A stretch of DNA of 32,000 bases, taken from positions 639,274-671,273 of the forward strand of contig CAZIYE010000001.1 of NCBI GenBank assembly GCA_964543385.1. The letters are read 5' to 3'. The notes beneath the pieces are model-generated. The model had not been told where the DNA came from. It was given only the letters and a program-made list of their open reading frames with translations, and did no database searches. Shown here piece after piece: positions 24,066 through 32,000 of this stretch. A program made the translations under genes and the position numbers. The stretch is from an uncultured Candidatus Saccharibacteria bacterium (lineage in GTDB: Bacteria; Patescibacteriota; UBA1384; XYA2-FULL-43-10; 1-14-0-10-43-13). The stretch's first letter is position 1, and each line of letters starts with the position of its first letter.

Positions 24066-25475
24066 TTATTTATGCACGTAGACTGGTGTGCCAATTTCTG
24101 TCCAATTGAAGATCATCTCTGCAGTTCCTGGGCCTAGACGAATGCAGCCATGTGATACAGTCTGCCCTAAATGTGAGACATCTTCCTTAGTCCCATCTGG
24201 CCACATGACGAGCTCATGGATTCCGATAGGTCCATTAATCTGCTGCCACCACGGCATGTATAAGTGGTATATACTTGACCAAGCCATCGGGATCTTATTT
24301 AGAACTTTGAAATCTCCGGTAGGAGTTGGCATCGATGGTTTGCCGGTGGAAGTTATCAAGCAGTCAATCAGATTGACACCATCGACTCTACAAAATCTTT
24401 GCGTGGATAGATTAATATCTATGTACTTGCCTTCATAGCGTCCAGTTTCAACTCCATTGGTAATATTTACTTTGATCTCTTTTGGTGCCTCTTTAACTAC
24501 TGGTAACTCAATTGCAATTTGTGATTGGGCAAGTAGAGATTTTAGACTGTTTAGTGTGGCATCCTTGTCTAAATAAACCCCTTCTCTGCCTGCCTGCAGT
24601 ACTTCTCCGCTATCTGTGATTTTCCTATCTATCTTTTTCGCCTCAAAGTTTCTAGCAATTTTGTTCATATATGCTTTAGCATTTGTGTCATCTATGCTAG
24701 CGGAAAATTGGCCGCTATTATTGGCAAAAACAATCCAAGCCCCGATCTCTTTTTTATTTGGCTGATAACTCTTGCCTTGGTAGTTGAAGGTGATATTTTT
24801 ATTTAATAAATCTTCAGTTTGTTTCTTGGCGACCGCAAAGTCAGCACTTTTTACCTTTGCCTGGATTAGAGTAGAGCCCAAAATAATCTTTTTATCGCTA
24901 GAAGTCACTAGGCTAACAACTTCTTCGATGAGCTTGCTAGTATCTACAACTTGGCCATCTTTACTTTCGATATATTTAATTTCACCATCAACGATAGCTA
25001 GGCTCGCGTCGATTGGTTCTTGATCTAGCTGTTTAACAGTAATATCTATAAAGCTTTTATATTTAACCTCATTAACATCCGGTCTTCCCTCTATGATAGT
25101 TTTTTTCATTAAAGTTTTGGATGAGTTCTTCAGGTTGTTCCAAAAACCAGCATTTCGGCCGGTATCATAAATACTATTAATTATTTCGTTAGAGTCAAAA
25201 GACAAACCGGTATCCTCGATTTTCGCCTTTAATTCTTTATCTCCAGAAGAAATAATAAATTCCTGTTTTGTTAGTGACTCAAATTCCTTTGCTAGTATTT
25301 TTTCAGCTTGTTTTTTTGTTTTTCCTGAGAGATCTATCGATCCAAAGTGGACATTTTTATAAATCTTTCCTGCATATACCTGTTGGTAGGAAAGCATAAC
25401 AGCTAATACCAAAGCACAGAGTGCAACAATAGTCAGTAAGGACCACTCTAAGATCCCCTTACTCCTTTGAGTCAT
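24066..25475 (-). CDS. L,D-transpeptidase (YkuD domain) with N-terminal anchor (469 aa)
   Basis: C-terminal catalytic motif VSHGCIRL with GIHE upstream. N-terminal TM LLTIVALCALVLAVML. Confidence 0.85.
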   Translation of the reverse strand: MTQRSKGILEWSLLTIVALCALVLAVMLSYQQVYAGKIYKNVHFGSIDLSGKTKKQAEKILAKEFESLTKQEFIISSGDKELKAKIEDTGLSFDSNEIINSIYDTGRNAGFWNNLKNSSKTLMKKTIIEGRPDVNEVKYKSFIDITVKQLDQEPIDASLAIVDGEIKYIESKDGQVVDTSKLIEEVVSLVTSSDKKIILGSTLIQAKVKSADFAVAKKQTEDLLNKNITFNYQGKSYQPNKKEIGAWIVFANNSGQFSASIDDTNAKAYMNKIARNFEAKKIDRKITDSGEVLQAGREGVYLDKDATLNSLKSLLAQSQIAIELPVVKEAPKEIKVNITNGVETGRYEGKYIDINLSTQRFCRVDGVNLIDCLITSTGKPSMPTPTGDFKVLNKIPMAWSSIYHLYMPWWQQINGPIGIHELVMWPDGTKEDVSHLGQTVSHGCIRLGPGTAEMIFNWTEIGTPVYVHK

Positions 25476-25719
25476 TTTTACCCCTCCTAATAAGAACTTG
25501 TTTGTATTTATATATTTTATAAAAAACTCTCACCAAAAGCAATAAAAACATCCATGCTATTTTTTAAATATATTAAAAGTTAACCATTGGCGGGTGACAT
25601 TGAACAGGGATTAGCTGGAAGCAGCATTATAGACCATACGTTAGAAAACAAGGCAAAAAATTTATTAATAGATCAATGATGGGAGCTAGATTATCTCAAG
25701 AGTCCAAATTCTTTTTTCA

Positions 25720-26859
25720 TTAACCAGCCCAGTAGTTATTTACAAAAAGAATTATATTCATGGACAATAATAGCCCTGAGACAAAAATTATTGTTAACTG
25801 TAGATATTGGTTTTTTATAGAAGCTAACAAAATATATATAGGGAATAGAACTAATATATATCTACCAATGCTCATAAATGTTCCGCTGCTTAAAGCAACT
25901 AAAAGCGTCGCCACCATGTATAGCCCATAGGAGGTTCTCAATCTTTTGAAAACAAAATATGTTGTGACAAAAGCAAAAAACACAAACAAAGAATCTATCA
26001 CCAAATTAGATATGGCTGGATTTGTAGTGGATAAAAAATGCTCTCCGTTTATACTAAATGACCTTCCCCACCAGCTTTCTACCTTGAGGAAGAGAAGAAA
26101 ATCTCCGAATTTTATATAATGGTAGACAAAAAATACAAAGGTTCCTAGTGGGATCAAGCATATTGATAATAATCTTTTGTTAAATATGCGTTGGAATTTA
26201 TAGTTTTTATAATATTCCCAAATTAATGGAATAAATAACAGCAAGCCAGTAATTCTGGTTATAGCTGAGAAAAAGCCAAAAATTCCGGCCAAGACGAAGT
26301 TTTTCTTTAATGCATAATAAAATGATGCTATAGAAAGGAATAAAAAGAGAGACTCTGTATAGATGGAATTAAGGAAAAAAGCAGTTGGGAATAGCAGAAG
26401 AAACATAAGCGGCAATTGAGGTTTAACTTCTGCGTGAAACTCCCTAATTAATTTTACAAAGTAAATTAGAGAAAGGAGCAGAAATATCATGCTCACAATC
26501 CATCCAGCAATAACGTAATTTCCTCCGAACACAAAAGATGCTAGTTTTATTAATTGTGGATATAGCGGAAAAAACACTATGTTGGATAATTTTTCTGGGC
26601 CATTAAAGATGTATCCATTTTGGGCAATATCCAAATACCAATAAGAATCCCACCCGGAATGCAAAGAAATTGGACTCCACTGTTGATTCTGAACAGTCTT
26701 TTCTGAATTAATCCAAGGATAGGCGGTATCGCTTTTAAGATTGAATCGATTGAGAGCGATGAGGGCAAAGGTGTTAATAACTATGATCCATATCAAAAAA
26801 ACGATAATGATTTTCTTATGGGTTTGGAAAAATTGACCTATCGCTTTGATGCTCATCAT
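25720..26859 (-). CDS. Polytopic GT-C-type glycosyltransferase-like membrane protein (PIG-V/mannosyltransferase-like, 379 aa)
   Basis: WDSYWYLDIAQNGY ... FFPLYPQLI near the N-terminus, followed by about 9 further TM segments. Confidence 0.55.
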   Translation of the reverse strand: MMSIKAIGQFFQTHKKIIIVFLIWIIVINTFALIALNRFNLKSDTAYPWINSEKTVQNQQWSPISLHSGWDSYWYLDIAQNGYIFNGPEKLSNIVFFPLYPQLIKLASFVFGGNYVIAGWIVSMIFLLLSLIYFVKLIREFHAEVKPQLPLMFLLLFPTAFFLNSIYTESLFLFLSIASFYYALKKNFVLAGIFGFFSAITRITGLLLFIPLIWEYYKNYKFQRIFNKRLLSICLIPLGTFVFFVYHYIKFGDFLLFLKVESWWGRSFSINGEHFLSTTNPAISNLVIDSLFVFFAFVTTYFVFKRLRTSYGLYMVATLLVALSSGTFMSIGRYILVLFPIYILLASIKNQYLQLTIIFVSGLLLSMNIILFVNNYWAG

Positions 26860-26916
26860 ATCTCCATCTTATTACTGTTTAATACTTTGTATTCTCCCAT
26901 TTGCAATTCCAAAATG

Positions 26917-26968
26917 CAAACAAAAAGCCCTCCTTTGTATAAGCCATGGAGGGCATCTTTTGTTTATT
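26917..26968. terminator. Terminator hairpin downstream of tRNA-Met
   Basis: gccctcc / ggagggc stem. The minus-strand reading is followed by tttttgtttg. Confidence 0.7.
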
Positions 26969-27036
26969 TCAAAACATTGATTGTGGACGGCGAAAGTGGT
27001 CTGATATCCTTTTAAATATTAATGAGCAATGAATGT

Positions 27037-27112
27037 TGGTGGACCTGGCAGGGATCGAACCTGCGACCAAGCGGTTATGAGCCGCCTGCTCTAACCACTG
27101 AGCTACAGGTCC
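27037..27112 (-). tRNA. Elongator-type tRNA with CAT anticodon (Met, or Ile2 if lysidinylated), CCA encoded
   Basis: Hand fold: acceptor GGACCTG/CAGGTCC, D-stem GCTC/GAGC (C11:G24), anticodon stem GGCGG/CCGCT with loop CTCATAA, T-arm GCAGG-TTCGATC-CCTGC, A73, CCA. 76 nt. Confidence 0.9.
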
Positions 27113-27186
27113 ACTTTAATAATCTAGCAAAATCAAGGCTTTTTTTCAATGATTATATTATAACACACTTTTTATCACTTATACTA

Positions 27187-27215
27187 TTGACAAAATGTTG
27201 TATTATTGATATACT
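27187..27215 (+). promoter_or_regulatory. Promoter TTGACA-N17-TATACT with TGn extension
   Basis: Hexamers read directly; tgaTATACT. 22 nt upstream of the 27237 ATG. Confidence 0.7.
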
Positions 27216-27236
27216 TATTTAATTTAAAAAAATAGT

Positions 27237-27809
27237 ATGAACAAATCACACAAACCAAAATCAAATATGAAAATAAAAATTCTACTTAGTATCATAGTTT
27301 TGTCCTTTGTTTTTGTCTCTTCGTCTCAAAAAGCTTTAGCTTCTGACATCACTGTCGAGAATGTTACTTATCTTTTAAATAAGGAACGTATTTATCATGG
27401 TCTTTCTCCTCTCAACGTTGATATTGATCTAAATCATGCTGCCAAGAATAAATCGAAAGACATGTTGAATAGAAACTATTTTGAGCATTATGCGTATAAT
27501 CTAACACCTTGGGATTTTATAAATAACTCTGGTTATAAATATCTTTATGCTGGTGAGAATTTAGCTATGGATTTTGAAACTTCTGAGGGTATGGTTGGCG
27601 CTTGGATGAAGTCTCCTTTGCATAGAAAAAATATTCTTAGCGAAGACTTTGAAGATATCGGAATTGGCGTTGTCAAAGGCATCTACGTGGAGAATGGTCA
27701 GGAGAAAGAGACCACAATTGTTTCTAATATGTTTGGCAGAAAAAAGCCTGTCATTGTCGAGATCTTTAATAAAATTATAGATAATATTCAGATTCTATTC
27801 AGCTGGTAA
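27237..27809 (+). CDS. Secreted CAP/SCP (YkwD-like) domain protein (190 aa)
   Basis: Signal-like ILLSIIVLSFVFVSSSQKALA. NYFEHYA, AGENLA and WMKSPLHRKNIL motifs. Confidence 0.8.
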   Translation: MNKSHKPKSNMKIKILLSIIVLSFVFVSSSQKALASDITVENVTYLLNKERIYHGLSPLNVDIDLNHAAKNKSKDMLNRNYFEHYAYNLTPWDFINNSGYKYLYAGENLAMDFETSEGMVGAWMKSPLHRKNILSEDFEDIGIGVVKGIYVENGQEKETTIVSNMFGRKKPVIVEIFNKIIDNIQILFSW

Positions 27810-27857
27810 TAGCTTTTTAGGCAAAATCGTCTTTATGCTCCCTGTGGATAACCACTC

Positions 27858-27886
27858 AATATCCTCTTCCAAAGAGGATATTTTGT
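27858..27886 (+). terminator. Rho-independent terminator
   Basis: aatatcctctt / aagaggatatt stem followed by ttgtgttg. Confidence 0.8.
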
Positions 27887-27891
27887 GTTGA

Positions 27892-27919
27892 TTGACACAA
27901 AATTGTCTTTATATATACT
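27892..27919 (+). promoter_or_regulatory. Promoter TTGACA-N16-TATACT, followed by a leader of about 265 nt
   Basis: Hexamers read directly. Related to the 27187/23652 module (ttgacaCaaaaTtgt...tatacttat). Confidence 0.55.
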
Positions 27920-28189
27920 TATCAGGCGCAAGCATAGGTAATCTATGGTTAAAGTATGAAAAGATATGACAATCATGGGTTGAAAACCTTGCTAGCATAA
28001 AACAAAATCAAATTTCCTAAGTTTATAATTTGGGAAGCAAAAACAAATAAATTATCTTACTATTAGTTCTTTCTTGCCAGAGGGGCAGCAGGGAATTTTT
28101 CCTGTATTGCGAGAACTGATTCTCATTGCTCTTTTGGAGGGAAAACACCAGTTTATTGCTGGAATTTAAAATTTAGAATGGAGTGGTTT

Positions 28190-30466
28190 ATGAAGAAATT
28201 TTTAAAGAAATCGCTCGTATATCTGATTATGACGATGCTGGTTGTCCCAGCTACTCTCATAACGGGTGCATTGAGCGCTCAAAAAGCAGAAGCAGCTTCC
28301 GCGCCAATAATTAGCGATTACAAGTTGAATGGAATTGCGACACTGACAAGTGCTTATCTTTCGCCAAACGGTGGTGGAACAAATGACGATGCAAAGGTTA
28401 ATCTCAAATTCCGATTCCCGGTTACTAGTTATAAGATAGAGATCCTTACGGAGGTCGGAACTCTTGTAGATGAGATAGGTTCTGGCAATTCGGTCGCTGA
28501 TCCACAAGAGAAAGTATGGTCAGGCAAGGATTCTGAAGGCATTACATATGCCGATGGTAGTTATCGAATCAAGGTATCAGTCTCTTATGTTGAAGATTCT
28601 CAGTTCGAGACAACAATTGATACATCTCGAACTTTAATTGTTGACAATACGAACCCACTTGGCCAAATAGTTTCACCAATAGACGGCCAGTATCTTCGTG
28701 GTAATAATCTGATTTCTGTACAAGCAGGAGACATTACATCGGGAATAAGCAGAGTAGATTTCTATCAAGGGATATCTCCTATTGGCTGGGTAACTGCCCC
28801 TGATGTAACAGGGAAGTATTCCAAAAATTGGTTTACGAATAATACGATGGCCGACGGTGTCTACGAGCTGAGTGCTGTTTTAACTGATGGGGCTGGTAAT
28901 CAGGTCACCACAGAAACAGTGTCAATTAATGTCGATAATACATCACCAGTTATATCATCAATTGATGATATAGTGGCTAGCGAAGAGTTTTCTGTAACAA
29001 TTGAGGCCAGTGATATAAATCCCATAACTTATCATCTGTCTCAGGGTTATGGTCCTGGTAATCTCACATTTATCCAAGATGAAAATAATCCCGCTACATT
29101 TAAAATCAAGGCTAACGTTAATAGCAGCGATTATGGGATATATGCAACTGCTACTGACGCATCAGGCAACTATGCTACAACAAACTTTGGCTTGACCTGG
29201 ACAGCACAGTATAATATCACGGCAGAAAATCCAACTCTTGAAATTGATACAGCTGCCGGCGATGGTGACATCATTGTGGACCCTGCCACGGCAAATCCAG
29301 TTCTTGATCTCCATAATTTTATGGGCACGAGAGTTTTAGAAGATGGTCAAGAAGAAGAGGGCGTTGTTCTCCAAGATTTGACGTTAAAAATAAAATCATT
29401 GGTCAATAATATTCCTGTCACTCTTGAAATGGGTTTTAGATCTCCAGAGACTGATGATTCTCAGGTATTTATTACTGGACCAGAAGGTTGGGACGGAAAA
29501 ATAAATTTGCCAAGGATTACTTCTATAACTGATGCAGAGTTAGCAACCGGTTCTGGTTATTCTGCCTCTGATATATTAGCCATAGAGGTTGGTCTTTTGG
29601 ACGGTGAATTAAAATTCGAAGGTCCTGTTAAATTAACTCTCGGAAACCAAGCTGGTAAAAGAGTTGGCTATATCGGCGATGGAAAATTTATTGAGATTTT
29701 ACAGATATGCGGTTCTAGTGACGAGACGTTACCTTCAGAGAAGTTGTCATGCAAAGAGGTTTCTGACGATGGAAAAGACATAGTAATATGGACAAATCAT
29801 TTTACCAAGTATACTTCTTACTCTCAGATAGTTAAATCTCCAATCATCACTTCTGTGACTGCAGTGGCAAGAGATAATAATAACTATCTAAAGGTAGTAT
29901 GGAGTGGCGCTGCCGCAGATTCTTATGAATTTTATGTGAATGGGATTCTGGTGCAGCCGACCAACCTCTCGTTAAATTCAGCTGATTTAAGAGTTTCCAG
30001 CGACGGTATCTATACAGTAAAAATGAAGGCCAAAATTGCTTTAGATATTTCTGCTTTCTCTAATGAAGTTTCTGCAACTATTCAGGCACCAGTTGTCATT
30101 ACGCCAGCAGTTACTCCTGAAAATACTGTATCTCTAACCCCAGCTCCTGCAAAAGCCAAGGCTGCTGTTCAACCAGCTCCTGCTCCAGAGCAAAAAGTAG
30201 AAACACCAAAGGATGATCAGGGTATAATAAAGGGTGAAGAGAAGAAAGATGATAAAGATGAGACCAATTGGACTCCATGGATAATTCTTTTCATACTAAT
30301 TCTTTTTGCTGGTGCTGCAACAGGCGGTTACTTCTATTGGTTTGCTGGTAAAGAAGATGATAGAGAAGGGGAGAATAAGCCTTCTAAAACAGAAAATAAA
30401 TCAGATACAAAAGTAACTGTAAAAACTAAAACTTCAGTATCCAAGAAAAAATCGAAAAGGTGGTAG
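28190..30466 (+). CDS. Large surface protein with Ig-like/FlgD-Ig-like repeats, Pro/Ala linker and C-terminal membrane anchor (758 aa)
   Basis: ATG 28190 is preferred (GGAG 7 nt upstream). Signal peptide ends AQKAEA. KVWSGKDSEGITYADGSYRIKV is an FlgD-Ig-like pattern; VDNT(N/S)P repeats. C-terminal TM WIILFILILFAGAATGGYFYWF plus a basic tail. Confidence 0.8.
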   Translation: MKKFLKKSLVYLIMTMLVVPATLITGALSAQKAEAASAPIISDYKLNGIATLTSAYLSPNGGGTNDDAKVNLKFRFPVTSYKIEILTEVGTLVDEIGSGNSVADPQEKVWSGKDSEGITYADGSYRIKVSVSYVEDSQFETTIDTSRTLIVDNTNPLGQIVSPIDGQYLRGNNLISVQAGDITSGISRVDFYQGISPIGWVTAPDVTGKYSKNWFTNNTMADGVYELSAVLTDGAGNQVTTETVSINVDNTSPVISSIDDIVASEEFSVTIEASDINPITYHLSQGYGPGNLTFIQDENNPATFKIKANVNSSDYGIYATATDASGNYATTNFGLTWTAQYNITAENPTLEIDTAAGDGDIIVDPATANPVLDLHNFMGTRVLEDGQEEEGVVLQDLTLKIKSLVNNIPVTLEMGFRSPETDDSQVFITGPEGWDGKINLPRITSITDAELATGSGYSASDILAIEVGLLDGELKFEGPVKLTLGNQAGKRVGYIGDGKFIEILQICGSSDETLPSEKLSCKEVSDDGKDIVIWTNHFTKYTSYSQIVKSPIITSVTAVARDNNNYLKVVWSGAAADSYEFYVNGILVQPTNLSLNSADLRVSSDGIYTVKMKAKIALDISAFSNEVSATIQAPVVITPAVTPENTVSLTPAPAKAKAAVQPAPAPEQKVETPKDDQGIIKGEEKKDDKDETNWTPWIILFILILFAGAATGGYFYWFAGKEDDREGENKPSKTENKSDTKVTVKTKTSVSKKKSKRW

Positions 30467-30492
30467 ATACTAAGGTGAAATAAGCGTGAAAG

Positions 30493-30528
30493 AAAGATCC
30501 CCCTGAGATTATCAGGGGGATCTTTGGT
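30493..30528 (+). terminator. Rho-independent terminator
   Basis: aaagatccccctga / tcagggggatcttt perfect 14-bp stem. Confidence 0.85.
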
Positions 30529-30574
30529 AGAAGGCCTACACTAAATATCATTTTTGCCATATAATTAAGACGTA

Positions 30575-30976
30575 ATGAAAAATTGGTTTCAGAAAATCAT
30601 CTCGTTTATTGAGAAATTTATTCCTATGACTTTTGGAAGTCTTATTTTGTTTGCGTTTATAATTTATCTTTCTATCGTTGTGGGCAAATCTGTTATCTCA
30701 AACTATGAATCCAATAAAAGCATTGAGAAGGAAGAGATAAAACTAGTTGAGCTCGAAGCCAGGCTTCACAATATTCAAAATGAAATAAACTATTATCAAA
30801 CTTATTCTTTTAAAGAAAAAGAGGCCAGGGCCAAGCTCGGCTATAAAGCTCCTGGCGAAAATGTATTGAGTTTGACTATAGATACAGAAGAGGAAAAGGT
30901 GGCCGATACTAGTTTAGTAGAAACCAAGATTAAGGTTTCTAATTTCCATCTATGGTGGCAATATTTTTTTCGATAG
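30575..30976 (+). CDS. Septum formation initiator family protein (FtsB/DivIC-like, 133 aa)
   Basis: Single TM, coiled coil (LVELEARLHNIQNEINYY), then the family-typical KEKEARAKLGYKAPGENV. Confidence 0.75.
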   Translation: MKNWFQKIISFIEKFIPMTFGSLILFAFIIYLSIVVGKSVISNYESNKSIEKEEIKLVELEARLHNIQNEINYYQTYSFKEKEARAKLGYKAPGENVLSLTIDTEEEKVADTSLVETKIKVSNFHLWWQYFFR

Positions 30977-31025
30977 TTTATAATATAACCAAATTACTTT
31001 TATTGTAGATCTTTCAAGGAGGGGA

Positions 31026-31817
31026 ATGGTTCAGAGAAAGAATAAGAAATCTAAAACTAATATTTTTAAGCCGGTGGCTTTGATTATACTTCTATCGGCT
31101 ATTTTTGTTGTGGTTTTGATCGCTTTCCCCAAATTTTCCGCTGATGCCAATTCCAGTAATCCCTTAAAAGATTCTAAGCTAAATATCATTGTCCAGAATC
31201 CCTACGGGGAACCCGTGCCTACTGAATTTCCTAATGGCAGGGATTTTATCGAAGTTACTTTGAGCGCCAGTAAAAAGGATGGTTCGGCGCTCATTGATAT
31301 TCCAATTATAATTGATAAATCAAGTGCTGTTAAAGTAACTGGTCCATCAACAACCGAAGACGGCCAAATACAGCTCAGATTCACTTCGAATAAAGCTATA
31401 AATGACAAAATTCAAATTAAACTTAAAGATTGTACTACCGTGAAGGTGGGATTTAAAATTAAATTTTCCTCCGATACTTCCATGAAGGACCTAAGCGACA
31501 AAAATGGTTTTGTGACTAACGCCCCGTTGAATCTTATGGTCCAAATAAAGCCACGTATGACTAGTCACATAGCATCAGCACAGGCTAGATATATCTACAC
31601 TCGAAGAATCAATAAATGGGGTTTCTGGGTTAAGGTTAGGAGAGTAGTCACTGAGCAGATGGAGTGTAGCGATGGGACCTGCCAGGTAGTTATGGGAGGA
31701 GACATAACCTCCAAAGATAGAAATCAGAGTGGTTCATTCATTTATAGCTTTACCTTTACTGACGAAAACGGAAAAGTTTTTTCTAAATCATTTAAGGGGC
31801 AATTGCGAAATCCTTAA
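31026..31817 (+). CDS. N-terminally anchored hypothetical protein (263 aa)
   Basis: GGAGG SD. TM VALIILLSAIFVVVLIAF followed by a beta-rich ectodomain. No family recognised. Confidence 0.65.
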   Translation: MVQRKNKKSKTNIFKPVALIILLSAIFVVVLIAFPKFSADANSSNPLKDSKLNIIVQNPYGEPVPTEFPNGRDFIEVTLSASKKDGSALIDIPIIIDKSSAVKVTGPSTTEDGQIQLRFTSNKAINDKIQIKLKDCTTVKVGFKIKFSSDTSMKDLSDKNGFVTNAPLNLMVQIKPRMTSHIASAQARYIYTRRINKWGFWVKVRRVVTEQMECSDGTCQVVMGGDITSKDRNQSGSFIYSFTFTDENGKVFSKSFKGQLRNP

Positions 31818-31874
31818 TTCTCTCGATGACCTTGAATTTATTTGGTAAATCATGTACTATATAAACTTGAATGA

Positions 31875-31951
31875 TGCGGGGTGGAGCAGCCTGGTAGCTC
31901 GCGTGGCTCATAACCATGAGGTCGTTGGTTCAAATCCAACCCCCGCTACCA
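31875..31951 (+). tRNA. Initiator tRNA-fMet (CAT), CCA encoded
   Basis: Hand fold: 1:72 mismatch (T1xT72) above GCGGGG/CCCCGC, A11:T24 in the D-stem, anticodon loop CTCATAA, T-arm GTTGG-TTCAAAT-CCAAC, A73, CCA. 77 nt. Closely resembles E. coli tRNA-fMet as I remember it. Confidence 0.85.
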
Positions 31952-32000
31952 AAAAATTTGAATCATGAGTCATGAATTGGGAATTGTGGGCGTTAGTTTT

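Noticed and set aside
25590-25640. SRP-RNA-like GGAAGCAGC (25617-25625)
   Set aside because: The surrounding sequence cannot form the helix-8 symmetric and asymmetric loops or a closing stem, so the 9-mer is probably a chance match.
27022-27222. Track ORF overlapping tRNA-Met and the promoter
   Set aside because: It is antisense to a well-folded tRNA and reads through promoter sequence, so it is spurious.
1-32000. CRISPR arrays, rRNA genes, transposases, integrases
   Set aside because: I saw no regularly spaced direct repeats with unique spacers, no rRNA-like sequence, and no ORF with recombinase or transposase motifs.
1-32000. Alternative genetic code (for example UGA recoding, as in some candidate phyla)
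   Set aside because: Long conserved genes (copA, gdhA, nrdD) are uninterrupted under the standard code. The single in-frame TAA in the HD gene is better explained as a nonsense mutation.

Overview
AT-rich bacterial chromosomal window (roughly one-third G+C by eye) with about 40 genes, three tRNAs, and many sigma70-like promoters and rho-independent hairpins. Recognisable content includes a 5'-truncated copA, a cold-shock protein, ArsR plus glutamate dehydrogenase, and class III anaerobic RNR nrdDG behind two NrdR boxes. It also holds an ArsP-like permease, a ZIP transporter, an RRM protein, a ferredoxin, an L,D-transpeptidase, a PIG-V-like GT-C enzyme, FtsB/DivIC and many N-terminally anchored hypotheticals. 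The style fits a small-genome anaerobe, possibly CPR/Patescibacteria, but that is inference only. Metal-related genes are scattered through the window (copA, a DUF326 Cys-rich four-helix protein, ArsR, an ArsP-like permease, ZIP, a CsoR-like regulator). Six things deserve a second look. (1) An 82-aa GIY-YIG gene sits in the 5' end of tRNA-Asn, flanked by a split duplicate of tRNA nt 1-22 and a 58-nt GC-rich triple-hairpin leader. (2) Downstream of that tRNA, single-gene cassettes are each bounded by the same T-arm-like motif plus terminator-hairpin module. (3) At 18.1-20.9 kb an island has foreign, C/G-ending codon usage: four small unknown minus-strand ORFs interleaved with a NUDIX and an HD hydrolase, and the HD gene carries an in-frame TAA after codon 13. 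(4) One protein fuses guanylate kinase, a TM helix and an HExxH domain. (5) A CsoR-family regulator has no Cys or His but sits behind classical G-tract operators. (6) The initiator tRNA has U1xU72. No CRISPR array, rRNA, transposase or integrase was seen.
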